Source of the DNA: Schizochytrium sp. TIO01 | Taxonomy: Eukaryota; Protista; Bigyra: Labyrinthulomycetes | Direction: 5' to 3' | DNA length: 64,000 nucleotides | NCBI GenBank assembly: GCA_004764695.1 | Contig: SMSO01000025.1 | Coordinates: 2,790,001 to 2,854,000 of the forward strand | Shown here: piece by piece, positions 47,182-59,900 of the stretch | Layout of the letters: every line of letters begins with the position of its first letter | Numbering within the stretch: position 1 is the first letter of the stretch | The notes under the pieces: generated by a model | Seen by the model: the letters and a program-made list of their open reading frames with translations, nothing else | Told to the model about the DNA's origin: nothing | Database searches by the model: none | Program-made: the position numbers and the translations under genes

Positions 47182-47693
47182 TGTGCTTGTGTGCTCCGGG
47201 AGGTTGGCTTCCTTGGCGGTCTGGGCGGACGTGGACAAGGCCTCGACGAAGTCCTTCTGCAGCGCCTTATTGATCTCCTGCTTATTCACTATTGTATATT
47301 CACATAACATACACTACACTATTCTACAAATGCAGCATTTCCTATATTATCACATATTCTACTGTTTATTATGCTATCGCGCTTTCACTCATTCTCATTC
47401 ATTGATCCTCTCACTCCTTTAATATGATCGATCGATCACTCATTCACTGTTATTATTGTGATCATTCTTTTATTATGAACATTATTCGCTCCACAAGTGC
47501 TATATACGTATACAACACAAAAAAACAAAGAGACAAAGAATCGAATAAATAATCAAATAATCAATCAATCAATCAAACAAACAGAGAAACAACCAAACAA
47601 ATGATCTAACAAACAATGAAACAATGAAACAATGAAACAAATCAATGCATAGCTCCAAATCTACGTAGTCAAAACAAGCAGATTAAATATGAC

Positions 47694-47764
47694 TCATTCA
47701 TTCATTCATTCATTCATTCATTCATTCATTCATTCATTCATTCATTCATTCATTCATTCATTCA
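47694..47764. repeat. (TCAT)n microsatellite, ~17 units
   Basis: Visible perfect run. Confidence 0.93.
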
Positions 47765-49117
47765 TGCGCCATCTTCATTCGATGCTCCACAGAAGCATGA
47801 AAACTTGAACGAATTCCCGCCTGCACTTTCGTGAACTGAGGGCGTTTGCGAATTGCGATCGCGGATAATTGATCTCGCATTCGCTGCGCACAATTGCCTC
47901 AGAATCCAATGCAGAAGCTGCTGACTTTGAGGAGGTCTGAGTCCTCTCTTTCGGCTGTTACTTCTTCGCTCATCATTTCGTCGAAGTTCTCTCACTCACG
48001 CACATTACATTACTACTCACTCACCTCACCTATCGAACACCTACTGCCCACTAGCACCCCCCACCTCCATAATATCGCACTGCAATTGCTAGCGCACTCC
48101 TAAGGCGCCTCACCTCAACCTCAGCTCGGCAGTGCAGGATCAGGCACCTTAACCTTTTACCCTCAAAAGGGCAAAATATCCTATTGTAGAAAATTTAACT
48201 CACTGTGTAAACCTCTCGTTGTCGACTATAAATGAGGCCTTAAATGGGAAAATTGGTGAACATCCACCTTAAGTTTGCATTGTGAACATGTGTTAACGAT
48301 AGGGCTGCTAGGATATCTTATGAGGGTCCTAGAGGTGTGCGGGGAAAGATCTCCGAAAGAGAAAGAAAGAGAAGGAAAGCGCTTTGAATTTCTAAAGCGA
48401 ACTCTATAATGTCCAGCTACCATAAACTGCTAAGTGTGACCACACGAGGAACATGAAAGAAAGAAAGAAAGAAAGACTCTTAATCCATGCTGGTATCAGT
48501 AAATGCTAAGTGGCTCTAAGGGTGTGAAGAGAGCGAGAGAAGGAAAAAGAAGAAGAAGGAAAGGGAGAATATTAGGACTCCATAGTGATATTAAGGAGAG
48601 AGAGTAGTAGAATTAGATAATAAAGTATTCATGTTTTTCAAATGTGTCTGTGAGAGAGAAGGCGGTCTTCTTGGCTTCTCCTTCAAAGTCTGATCGCTGA
48701 CTCGGCCGTGCTTCCGGCCACGCAGCGACTCTTGGCGGGATTAGGGAGCACTTTTGGGGAGAGGCACTCTCTTGAGATTGCTACTTAGTTTAGGCCTTGA
48801 CGAGAGACGACAAGTGGCAGATTCTGAGTTGGGGAAGATAAGGAATCAGCAGCTGCACGCGGCAGACATCTATTGCTCCGTGGTCGAAGAACTACGAGAA
48901 AACTCTCAAAGGGATCGATTAACGCAACATAAGTTCTGTCTGTGGCAGCGAGACTGTAGCAAAGCTTGCTGACAGCTAAGGCCCAGAGCCTTTCCCAAGT
49001 TTTGAGATCGAAGAAGATACGATATTTCTTAGTTTTTCGTCTAGGTACAGAACGTCCCAGAAAGTACTCCCTGGCGGAATTCGTGATTTTCATCAAACTA
49101 AAGATTGACTCTCCATC

Positions 49118-50152
49118 ATGAGTTTTATGCACAAGCTTCACAATGTCGCACACGCTGTGGGTGAATATGTGACACCAGTTCTGCAAGAATCGGCATTTGA
49201 AGAGCGAGGTGTTCTTACCCCTGAGGAGTTTGTTCGTGCTGGGGATCAGCTGGTTCGTACTTGCCCTACGTGGCAATGGGCGTCAGGTGATCCGAGCAAG
49301 AAGCGTTCGTTTCTCCCAGACGATAAGCAGTTCTTGATCACGCGAGGCGTAGCTTGCGAGCACCGTGTTCGTGACTTGGAAGCAACATATAATGCTGAGC
49401 TTGAAGTGGAGGGCGTGGATGGCGAAGACGACTCTTGGCTGGCTACCCACAACAACACAGTTGGCTCCACTAGCAACAGTGCTGGTGGGAAGGGCTCGTC
49501 AAACTCAAGCGAGCCTCTCGACCTTCGTTCGATGGAATCATCTCTTCCTGCCGGAGATGCTACCCCACCTCCTGCGCCTGGGTCTGACCAGGAAAAGGAT
49601 CTGTCAGCGACCGGAGGAGAAGTTGACAAGGTCATTGAAACCTCAAAGAAGTCTGGTGAAGAAGCTACGGAGAATGAAGATGGTTTCATTGACCTTGATG
49701 ATTTTGTTGAGAATGATCTTGACGATGCCGCGCAAGGTGATGACACGAAGCCTGCAGATTCACAGGAAGATGATGATGTGATTAAAATGCGCACTTACGA
49801 TCTGAGTATCACTTACGACAAATACTATCAGACTCCTCGTGTTTGGTTGCATGGCTACGACGAGCAAATGCAACCGCTCTCTGGCGAAGCCGTGCTGGAG
49901 GATATCATGCAGGATTATGCTAATAAGACTGTAACTATCGAGCCTCATCCCCAGCTTGCGGGTGGAGTTCGCTACGCTTCGATTCATCCGTGCAAGCACG
50001 CTGATGTGATGAAGAAGATCGTTGCTCAGTTGAACGAAGGCGGCAAAAAGGCTGATCCGAGCCAGTATCTCTTCATCTTTTTGAAGTTCATCCAATCGGT
50101 GATTCCTACCATCAACTACGATAACACTATCGAAGTTGCTGCGACCATGTAA
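49118..50152 (+). CDS. ATG3: Autophagy E2-like enzyme ATG3
   Basis: [57 protein letters not shown] (catalytic Cys), [15 protein letters not shown]. Confidence 0.97.
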   Translation: MSFMHKLHNVAHAVGEYVTPVLQESAFEERGVLTPEEFVRAGDQLVRTCPTWQWASGDPSKKRSFLPDDKQFLITRGVACEHRVRDLEATYNAELEVEGVDGEDDSWLATHNNTVGSTSNSAGGKGSSNSSEPLDLRSMESSLPAGDATPPPAPGSDQEKDLSATGGEVDKVIETSKKSGEEATENEDGFIDLDDFVENDLDDAAQGDDTKPADSQEDDDVIKMRTYDLSITYDKYYQTPRVWLHGYDEQMQPLSGEAVLEDIMQDYANKTVTIEPHPQLAGGVRYASIHPCKHADVMKKIVAQLNEGGKKADPSQYLFIFLKFIQSVIPTINYDNTIEVAATM

Positions 50153-50966
50153 ACAGGACCACAAAAACCCTTCCTCTCGTCACATTGACAACGCAACAAG
50201 TACTTTTGCCTTCTCTCTTTTTCTTCTTTTTACCAAGAGTGTATCTATGCATAGTAAATACGATGAAACGGCGCCGCTCTAGCTCAATTTAATATAAAAA
50301 TATATATATCTATGAATAGACAAATACTGATAAACAAGTTGACGAGTCCTGTAGCCTCTTGCAGAGACCGAAGAATCCTTTCAGAGTAATCTCCCCGGTT
50401 CTTCCACTGTTGAGAATGCTACAATTCTCAGCATTAGGAGTTGGTCACCTGTTTCTCTACTCGCACTAAAAGTAACATTCTTGAATGATAAAACAGTCCA
50501 ACTACAATATGGGCAATTTCTCCATAATGACAACTTTTCCAAGATCCAATTCGCTGCAAGTTGTCTTCGTGAAACGAGACATCTTCTGCTTGTAACACTA
50601 GCTAGAGTAACCAAAGTAGCTCTATCCACTATTATGTGATCAAGATTCAAGACATGTGCCAATTCTTGAATAATATACTTACAGTTAATAATTGCTGCAG
50701 TTTAAAAAATTCCAAATACGTTGCATGATGCACCAAGTGAAATTTGTGTCTTAGAGAGACTAATAGCAAGAACGAATGTGGGGCAAGAGAGCTACCGATG
50801 AGCCTCTCCCTTTTATGATCTTTCATACAAAAAGAAGAGGTATATGGCGTTGTCATTCATTTTATTTTTTTCAGATAGAGGAAGTGAAAGAATCGATAGG
50901 GAAGGAAACAAAGCAAAAAAAAAGATACCCTGGTTTGTGAAATAGGCCGGATGTACAGAAAGGAAC

Positions 50967-53720
50967 CTACAAAGCAGGAGCAGGCGTAGGTCCCGAGCCT
51001 TGCGTCTCCTTACTGTCCTCTTGATTACTACTGTCGTCATTCTTGTTCTGATCGGGTTCACGAACTTCCTTAAGGAAGTCCTTGTAAGACGCTGAGGGCT
51101 CAAAAGGCCGGGGTCCAATCAGACGTTCAATGTCGTGCTGGTTGATGGTCTCCTTCTCAAGGAGGAACTCGGCAACCTTTCCAAGTTCATCCTTCTTGGA
51201 TAACAAAAGATCCTTGGTGCGAGCGTACGCCTCGGTGACAAGCTTGTTAACCTCCTCATCGATAATGCGTGCGGTTGCCTCACTGTACTTCTTCTGGGGC
51301 ACCATTTGGTTCTCATCCTCAGGGTAAGACAAGGTACCAATGCGGGGAGACATACCAAAACGCGTCACCATGGAGGTGGCGATCTGGGTAACCTTATTCA
51401 AGTCGTCAGCAGCACCAGTGGTGATACTACGCGGGCCGAAGGTGATTTCCTCGGCGGCACGGCCACCAAGCGCCATGGCCATGCGGTCCAAAAGCTGATC
51501 CTGAGAGTGAAGAGCAAGTTCACGGGGTAGGTATTGAGCAAAACCAAGAGCACCACTTGCACGAGGAATGATCGTGACCTTGAGAAGAGGATCACAGTCC
51601 TTGAGGAACCAGCCAACAAGGGCGTGGCCAGCCTCGTGGTAGGCAACCGTCTTGAGCTCCTCGCGGGTCATGACAGAGTTGCGCTTCTCGAGGCCACCAA
51701 TCACACGGTCGACAGCACCCTCGAAGCATTCCATATCGACAGCATCCTTGCCCTTGCGGGCAGCAAGGATGGCGGCTTCGTTGGCAATGTTGGCAATCTG
51801 GGCACCGGAGAAACCAGGAGTAAGAGCAGCGAGACGCTGGGCAACGGAATCAATGTCACCACCGACATTAATCTTGGCGAGGTGAATCTTGAAGATTGCC
51901 TTGCGGCCCTCGATATCAGGGAGGTCAACGTTGATGGTACGATCGAAACGTCCAGGACGGAGAATGGCAGGGTCAAGAATGTCGACACGGTTAGTACCAG
52001 CGAGTACAACGACACCTTCCTTGGAGGTGAAGCCGTCCATCTCAACAAGAAGCTGGTTCAATGTGTTCTCACGCTCATCGTTACCGCCGCTGAAGCCACC
52101 CTTTCCACGGGCACGGGCGACGGCATCAATCTCATCGATGAAGACAATGCAGGGAGCGTTCTTGCGTGCCTGTCCAAACAAGTCTCGAACGCGCGAAGGC
52201 CCCACGCCGACGAACATTTCGATAAAGTCACTACCGGAGATGGAGAAGAAGGGCACACTTGCCTCGCCGGCGGTGGCCTTGGCGAGGAGGGTCTTACCAG
52301 TACCTGGGGGACCGGCAAGAAGGGCTCCCTTGGGGATTTTGGCGCCGAGCTTGGTGAAGCGCTTGGGGTCCTTCAAGAACTCTACAAACTCCATGATCTC
52401 AACCTTGGCCTCATCGCATCCAGCGACGTCCTTGAAGGTGACACCAACGTTTTTATCTTTGCCAAGCATTTGCGCAGGGGACTTGCCAACCTTGAAGATG
52501 TTGGACATACCACCACCGCCACCAGCACCGCCGCCCATGCTACGCATCATGAAAACCCATGCAGCGATAATGAGAAATGTGGGAGCAAGCTTGGAGAGCT
52601 CAGCGAGCCAGTTGGTCTCGTTGACGTACTGCACAGGCACAAAATTGCTCGAGCGGATGCCGAGCTCACGCTGCGCCAGCTCCAGCTTGCGCTCAAAACT
52701 GTCGATGCTTCCAATGGTGAAATAGTATTGTGAGTTGCCTGCGTTGAGGTTGTGCAGGCGGTTCGGGTAGCCTCCAGGCGAGGCAGCTCCCGCGTTGCGG
52801 TGGTCCGCTCCGTTATCAGTCGCCGATGATCCAGCAACACCAGAGGTTGCGTACTTGTCCTCATCTGCTACAAACTGAGCAGAGACTCCAGGTCCGTGAT
52901 CAAACTGCTGGTTTCCATCGCGTCCTCCAGCTCCAGCCTCCTCGCCGAGGATGTTGTTGACGGCGGACCTTCCGCGCACATACACCTTGGCGATCTGCTT
53001 GTTGACAATAACAATACGCTCCACTTCACCTGCTGCTAGGAGGTGTGTCTTGAACTCCTGCCAGTTGATCTCGCGGCCAATGCTCTGCTCAGAGCTGCTG
53101 CTCATTAAGCTGTAAAGCAGAAATAACGCCAGGGCGCCTGTGAGCATCTGGTTCGCACCCATGTTCGGACCCTCCTCCTCAGGGCCTCCAGAGCCACCTG
53201 CCTGGCGACGCTTGTTGTTGTTTCCACTGCCACCGCTGCCACCGCTTCCACCGGCGTTACCGCTGCCAGAGTCGCTCTTCTTGGCATCGGAGGATTTGGA
53301 GTCTTCGGATGAGGAAGAGGCTGAAGATGAAGGTGCTGCGGAAGAGGGCTTCTCGTCGGAGGACTTGGCATCGGAGGAGCCGTCGTTACTGCTTTCGTCT
53401 TCGCGTTTATCATTCTTCGGGCCGTCAGGGAAGAACTTGCCAAAGCCGCGAGGAACCTTGTTGTTAGAGTTCGAGAAGAAGTCCCAGGGAGCCCCGTTGC
53501 CGAAGATTTCGCCAAGGTCGATGGCGCGAGATCCGGCGGCGGCAAGGGAACGGGAGCCGCCGAGGAGAGATCCAGGGGGAGATGCGCGAGTCCAGCCATC
53601 ATCAGTGCCACCTACACGCGCAGCGAGAGCACGTGCCGGGTCGGCGCGAAGAATGTGGCGCGAGGAATCGCGGTACGAGGAGCCCATGGCGGCGGCGCCG
53701 CGCCTGCTTAGCCTCAGCAT
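50967..53720 (-). CDS. AFG3: Mitochondrial m-AAA metalloprotease AFG3/AFG3L2 (FtsH family)
   Basis: Presequence, PRGFGKFFP, two TM segments, [52 protein letters not shown] zinc motif, IGPRPF. Confidence 0.96.
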   Translation of the reverse strand: MLRLSRRGAAAMGSSYRDSSRHILRADPARALAARVGGTDDGWTRASPPGSLLGGSRSLAAAGSRAIDLGEIFGNGAPWDFFSNSNNKVPRGFGKFFPDGPKNDKREDESSNDGSSDAKSSDEKPSSAAPSSSASSSSEDSKSSDAKKSDSGSGNAGGSGGSGGSGNNNKRRQAGGSGGPEEEGPNMGANQMLTGALALFLLYSLMSSSSEQSIGREINWQEFKTHLLAAGEVERIVIVNKQIAKVYVRGRSAVNNILGEEAGAGGRDGNQQFDHGPGVSAQFVADEDKYATSGVAGSSATDNGADHRNAGAASPGGYPNRLHNLNAGNSQYYFTIGSIDSFERKLELAQRELGIRSSNFVPVQYVNETNWLAELSKLAPTFLIIAAWVFMMRSMGGGAGGGGGMSNIFKVGKSPAQMLGKDKNVGVTFKDVAGCDEAKVEIMEFVEFLKDPKRFTKLGAKIPKGALLAGPPGTGKTLLAKATAGEASVPFFSISGSDFIEMFVGVGPSRVRDLFGQARKNAPCIVFIDEIDAVARARGKGGFSGGNDERENTLNQLLVEMDGFTSKEGVVVLAGTNRVDILDPAILRPGRFDRTINVDLPDIEGRKAIFKIHLAKINVGGDIDSVAQRLAALTPGFSGAQIANIANEAAILAARKGKDAVDMECFEGAVDRVIGGLEKRNSVMTREELKTVAYHEAGHALVGWFLKDCDPLLKVTIIPRASGALGFAQYLPRELALHSQDQLLDRMAMALGGRAAEEITFGPRSITTGAADDLNKVTQIATSMVTRFGMSPRIGTLSYPEDENQMVPQKKYSEATARIIDEEVNKLVTEAYARTKDLLLSKKDELGKVAEFLLEKETINQHDIERLIGPRPFEPSASYKDFLKEVREPDQNKNDDSSNQEDSKETQGSGPTPAPAL

Positions 53721-54387
53721 GGCGTCAAGTCCGTGGCCTCGAAGAGGCTAAGACGGCGTAGAGTGTCTACGAACGAAGTAAGGCGGCTTCGGGAAGCCGC
53801 GTAAAGAGCACTTATCGAGCGCGAGCCGGCGGAGATCGCGCAGACGCCTCCCGCGAGCGAGGCGATCGCGTCCCTTCTAGTGTCTGTTTGCAATCAGAAA
53901 TCAAAAATCAACACAGAGAGAAAGAAAGAAACAATCAAACAATCAAAACAATCAAACAGAGTAAACAGAACAAACAGCCTTAAGAAAAGAACAAACAAAC
54001 AAACAAACAAACATTCATTCCTCTTCTTCTTCTTCTACTTTTAATTTAATCTTTTTTCTTCTTTATTCAGAAAATGATCTATCTTTCTTCCTTCCTTTCT
54101 ACCTAACTATCTATCTATCTAACTATCTATCTATCTATTCTCGTCACATCCTTCAATTGTTCTGCCATCATCAGCATTTCATGGAAATGAGCGGACTTCT
54201 ACCTTTCTTCCTATACCATCGCTTACCCCCGAAGTTTTTTAAAAGTGCCTCCTTCGCTCTATCAAACCACCTGTTCTTCTCTCGCGCCCCTACTGTACAC
54301 TAGCTACTCCTACCTCCCTTCTTTGTTCTGTGTTCCGTTCCGCCACTCTTGGCCGCTGTTCTGTTCTTCCTTCTTGCGAACTTTCTC

Positions 54388-54458
<71 letters not shown>
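54388..54458. repeat. (TTTC)n microsatellite
   Basis: Visible run. Confidence 0.92.
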
Positions 54459-54986
54459 CTTTCAGAACGGACGAAATGAATTGAATTGAAATGAATTGAA
54501 GAGGCCTCGCTGCCTTCGCCCTTGCCAGCCTCCTCTTCGCTGCAGGACCCCTCTGTCTATCCGCCGCCTGCCTGCCTTCCCTCCCGCCCGCTGGCCGCAT
54601 GCCCTCTCCCTCTTCCGCGGAGCCTGGCAGCCTGAAGGGATGCGGCGCAACGTGGTTTCGACGGTGCTGGTCGGCGGCTTGAGCCCGGAATAAGGGCCCT
54701 CGAATCATGAAGAGAGAGAAAGACTTTCCTTTTCCCCCTGTTCTGTTCTTTTCGGGTAAACAGCAGGCAGTTCGTTCTTCCTTTGCAAACAAAAGTTTAC
54801 TGTTCTTTTCGAAGGCAAGAACGGAGAACTGCGGAGAAGGCGGAGTGTTCCAGATCCTGCGTTCTTTTCGGTTGAAAAGCAGGTGCTTGCTTGCTTGCTT
54901 ACTTGCTTACTCATGGGCGACTTAGCAGTAACTATAGCATGGCCGTAAGGGGGGAGGTCGATAAGTTGTAAAAACTTACTCACCTG

Positions 54987-54987
<1 letters not shown>

Positions 54988-55082
<95 letters not shown>
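54988..55082. repeat. (TTTC)n microsatellite, ~23 units
   Basis: Visible perfect run. Confidence 0.93.
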
Positions 55083-55166
55083 TCGAGGAGAGTGAGTCGG
55101 CACAGAGCTCTGTGAAGCCTTTTCTCCGCACGGATCTGAGCCGCCGCAGCTTTTTGCGATGTTGTT

Positions 55167-55216
<50 letters not shown>
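55167..55216. repeat. (AATC)n microsatellite
   Basis: Visible run. Confidence 0.92.
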
Positions 55217-56674
55217 CAAATCGAAAGATCCTTCGGAGCAGAAGAGTCTGAAAAGAAAGGCCTCAACAGTGCGTGCAGGAACGGCACGGAAAATATCTTG
55301 CGATGCAAAGCAGGCAGACTTGATACGAGTCTATTGTGAGGCGGCGTTGACCAGAACACTTTAGATGGTAGTGTCATAATAAATAGTATTGGCCGTTCTC
55401 AGGACGTTCCCTTGGGAAACGATAGTGGAGCACCCTCGAAAGGTCTTTTTGTGTATAGATACAAATTTAGAACTGGTCATCTAGAGAACTACATGCATCC
55501 GCTAACTTAATACAAGTTCACTAAAGCGAGGGGCGGACAGTAACACTCTGAGAGGATATTGGGGGTAGTATAGAATGTAGTATTGAGACTCTGCTAGCAA
55601 AGCAAAATACCCACTTATTCATGAAGAACGTTACAATGGAGGAAAACAATAGGTACCGCATCGGGGCTCCATAGCTAGCCCCCAAAAGAACACTCTTAGT
55701 TTGCCCGAGAGGAGGGCATCCCAGTGACGGTTAGTAACTGTGACAATCGTCTCGAAGCTTCGCTGGCATACAGCTAAACCTTTGACTATATCAACTCCCA
55801 GGATGGTGCTTTTTGCCTACACTGGTTGTCTCGGTGCCTACTAGCGGAACAAGGTAGCTCAGCCGAGTCTCCTTCCCAGACCTGATGGAGAGTGATAGCA
55901 CCAGAACTTGTATATCTCTACGAAAACCACATACTCGCAGGATCATGGGTTTCCCCGAGGAGTGGACATAACCACCGGAGAAAGGGTGACCAAGGGTAAA
56001 AAGAACGTGCCTCATTCCACAGATCGTCTAAGCTACAGCCAGTTAGTCCTTAGGAGTGCTAGACTTTTTCAAGCTCAAGAGGGAAAGAAAGGAAAGCGAA
56101 TATATGAGCTATAGCTAACTAACTATCAGTCGTGCGATCCTTCATTTAGTAGCTTTAGTCCCCCTTCCACGATTAACTTCATGAGACATACATCTGTTTT
56201 AAAACCACGATGAGTTTTAGCTGTTTGAACGAAGTTTTAATTAATTAAAATAGAGAAAGTCAACTAACAACTAACTAAATGATCAAAATTGTTTAATGAA
56301 ATTAAAAAGGAATCAAAACTCGCGCACAGACAGTTAATTCTATCGCAGTGACTGAGAGTGTTCATGGATGCACGCACGGATAATAGGTGATCTAGATAGC
56401 TGAGATGCCTCGCTTTCTCCAGGGCGGCTCTCGAAAGCCGGGACCTCTGCCGCCGCCTCTGCTCTGGAGCACGCACTGCGATCGGCGATCCGTGCCAGCC
56501 TCGGCAAAGCCTTCTTCATAAGCGTGCCGTCGCGTGCGTGCGACAGCGACCATAGGATAGATAACAAATAAAGAAACAAATATAGAAAGAAAGAAAGGAA
56601 AAAAGAACGAAGCACTGTTGGAGTCTATGAGAGGTGTTCTTTGGCGGTGTTCTCTCTCGAATGATCCATCGATC

Positions 56675-56815
56675 GATCAATCATTCAATGTCAATCATTC
56701 GATGGATCAATCATTCGATGGATCAATCATTCGATGGATCAATCATTCGATGGATCAATCATTCGATGGATCAATCATTCGAGGATCAATCATTCGATGG
56801 ATCAATCATTCGATG
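56675..56815. repeat. 16-nt minisatellite (GATCAATCATTCGATG) x ~9
   Basis: Nine head-to-tail units with no spacers; two carry small deletions and one a substitution. Confidence 0.92.
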
Positions 56816-56896
56816 GTGCTGCAGCTTCTGCGAAGCGAGTCGCTCTGCTTTGAGGGTGCGAACAAGAGCAATGAGAGCCGTGTGACATCGCCGCTG

Positions 56897-56926
56897 TAAT
56901 CTAATCTAATCTAATCTAATCTAATC
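56897..56926. repeat. (TAATC)6 microsatellite
   Basis: Visible run. Confidence 0.88.
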
Positions 56927-59900
56927 TCAGACAGACCGGCAGACTGTGAACTGAAGAGTCCATTGGGAACGCCGCTTTTGGCGCAGCAGCCAGCCAGCCA
57001 GCCAGGCAGGGTCGAGGGCGCTCCGGCGACCCGCTTGGGTTCAGGTCGTCCTCTTCGCCCAAGGTGCCGAGGAGGGCTCCCCCATGGCGCTCCCGAGTTG
57101 AGTTTGGGCTCGAACAGATCGCCTCGGTTGGTTCACGTTGACGCCTTCGTGAGAGCGGGAGAGAACGACTCCTAGTAGTATTGGTTAGTGGCGTCGCCTA
57201 GTGTGCTCTTGTCAGGCTGCCAGGCTGGTTGGAGGCCATGTGCAATGCGACTTTTCGATTGAAGGCCGTGTCGCTTAGGACTTGAAGGAGGTGATGCAAA
57301 TGCAATCGCCTAACCGAGTGGGAAGCAAAGTTCGCAGCAGGGTGCAGAAAATAAAGGGTCTTGTGCTTGGTATGAACCTGCGGAAAACATGGTTTAGCCT
57401 TTGGACCTGAGAACCACAAACGGAAGGTGAGTTGTACAAGATACTGCAGTGAGTTTTTAAACCGTGCTTCCTACATGGTTTAGTAATGCTAATCTCTGCA
57501 GCAGGACCAAAAAGGTAGGCACTAATAGGTAGCTAGGGTAGCTAGCTAAAGTATTGCTTGCATAAAAAGAACACGACAATCCTATTGATCACGAATCGCT
57601 GAATCTACAGGTAGATGTTAGCAGGCCTACTACATCCAATTGATATGATTCTGGATTTCGAAGTTAATGGACTGATGGGGCCGCCTCTGGTACTAAAGGT
57701 GCTCTGTGTTCAAGTGTAAACACCAATGTACGTACCTAGGTATACTGCTTCTTTTCTCTTTTTATTAAATTGTACCTCTAGAGAACCTCGATCTTGTCTA
57801 CCCATGTCCAATAATAAGATAAGAAATCGAACATTCATGATGAATTGTTTATAAAGAACAACTGTTGTGAGAACACATTGATACATCAGAGGCGGCCATC
57901 TATGAATGGCACAAACTTGAGCCGTTGTGCACAAAAGTTAGCTTGCGTTTTAGTAGTCGCTGTTCTCTGAGTGAGTAGTAGGTTTTCCCCATATAGCAGC
58001 TCACAAGTAAAGTTTTACTAGTGTAAAAATTTGTCATTCGGCAGTTTTCTTTGTTGCTCTAGCTTGAACATTAATTATTTTGGTTCTAGCACACCAAATC
58101 AAGGTCAACGCTATGTGGTGATTTGTAGTTGCTATTGAAGACACCAACACCTGCTAACTCAAAACACAAGTGCATGCATATGCTGTCTTACGATGATAGC
58201 AACATCACACCCCTTGTGATGGCGCCTTTTTGCAAAACCACCACTTCGTTCGAGGATCTAGCCATTAGATTTACTAAGATTGTGCCCTAGAGTGTCTTAA
58301 TAGACTCGTTAAAGCTACTTCGTTTATTTGTGTTACTTGTGAGGCGACCACAGGTGCGCGGGATTTCAAAGCAGAAATCAAGAGGAAAGTCTTTCTATAG
58401 CTAACCTGAAATAGAAGAAAGTTTATTTCCGTTAAACTTAAACTGGATTTATAAGGGATCCTTGATGCTTCAAAAAGTATAATGGCGTAGACTCGTTTTG
58501 GTGTACCCATAAATACTTTCCAATTTGTTAGGAGATTAGAGGTAGGGTTAAAGAAAATATATGCTTAACTTTCTAGTGGGCAGATTCGTCTATAAGTAAG
58601 CATAGATTATGTGTAATCCCTGGTCCCTTATGACTTGCCCCTTTGGTGAAAGTAAAAACTGGAAAGAACACGATAGAGAAAACACCTTCAAAGAAATAGG
58701 AAAATTGCAAGTATTCTTCTTTCCTCTTTAGCTTAACCTGAGCAAGTATATGGTATGCGTGTCCAACTAACGTCGCTTGTTGTTGTTGGTTGTTTTCAAA
58801 TAATTGCCTAAAAAGCGAGTGAAAGAACTCCAGATAGCAGTATATTGCTAACTGCTTCACATTCCAATAAAAAATTAATTACCAAGAAAGTAGGTCGAGC
58901 TCCGTTCTACCAAACATGTGTCCTTTACAATAAGGATAGATGAATAGCCATGAAGTTGAACCTAATATTTGCGCTAACATATGTGTACACTCTATTTATA
59001 AATGCATTTATGAATAAGATAAGGGAGTGTTCGATTGAAAACGCCATCAAACCCTTCCATAAATTTAAATAATTAATGCAGAGTTCCCTATTTAGGTTAC
59101 TCGTGTCGCTCCGAATAGTCGAGAGTAGCTGTAGGCGAAGTTAGGAGTTTAGGTAATACGCAGGTGTGACTGAGCTTTTCAGTTTGGGGTATGCCAGCCC
59201 CACGTAAGAATATCAGGATTAAATTTTGTTATTGAAGAACCTAGGAGGATATTCGACTTCAAATCGTCGTAATGACACATTGGCTGGTGATTGTTTATTC
59301 CCCAGTTTGGCCGCTATTTGTTTATTCAATATACATATTTTTGCAAGCCTATCAATTTACTTGCATAATATATGCTTGTATACTTGTTTGCCTATGTAGA
59401 TCAATTGGTTTTACGTAGGTACCAACACTTGGTGAATTCAGACCATCTAGACGCTGCCTGCGCAGATGAGAACAAAAACACTTCTAGAAGTTGTATATTC
59501 TCTTCAAATCTTTAAGTGATTTCAATATACTAGTATTGCCAATAGATCCGAAGATAGCCGGGCTCATTTCATTGAGGGCAGATAAAACCCCCCATTAAAC
59601 TGACAGGACTTCAAAGAGGGAAATATGTTCTTTTTGCTTGCTTAAGGACTATTCTGATTTAGCCATCTGAATCGATTTATCTCGTACGTGCATTGTAGCC
59701 TTTAAAATACACCTCAGTTTTCCAAAATCAAGTCATGCGAAGCCCGACTTTCGAAAATCTACTTCATTTTTTAGTCATGTCTTGGTCTTCTAAGGATAAC
59801 AATGATCTATCAATGCCCTCGTTAAGCCCTGCACAGAAAACTCTGATGTTAATGCACTTGACAAGAATATTTTTCCATCAAACATGTTTGTTCATGTCCA

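Noticed and set aside
47182-47310. 43-aa N-terminal extension of NDUFB2 in the ORF track
   Set aside because: The ATG at 47181 begins a typical mitochondrial presequence; the upstream ATG lies at the edge of AT-rich promoter-like DNA
51534-53751. Long plus-strand ORFs (399, 278 and 203 aa)
   Set aside because: Antisense to AFG3; no recognisable motifs
54930-54950. Minus-strand CTTACGGCCAT resembling the 5' end of 5S rRNA
   Set aside because: Similarity stops after ~11 nt; no internal A/C boxes seen
54245-55172. KKER-repeat and SFFL-repeat ORFs
   Set aside because: Translations of (TTTC)n microsatellites
56675-56815. Tandem repeat as a CRISPR array or telomeric repeat
   Set aside because: No spacers, no cas genes, eukaryotic context; internal, short and not G-strand biased
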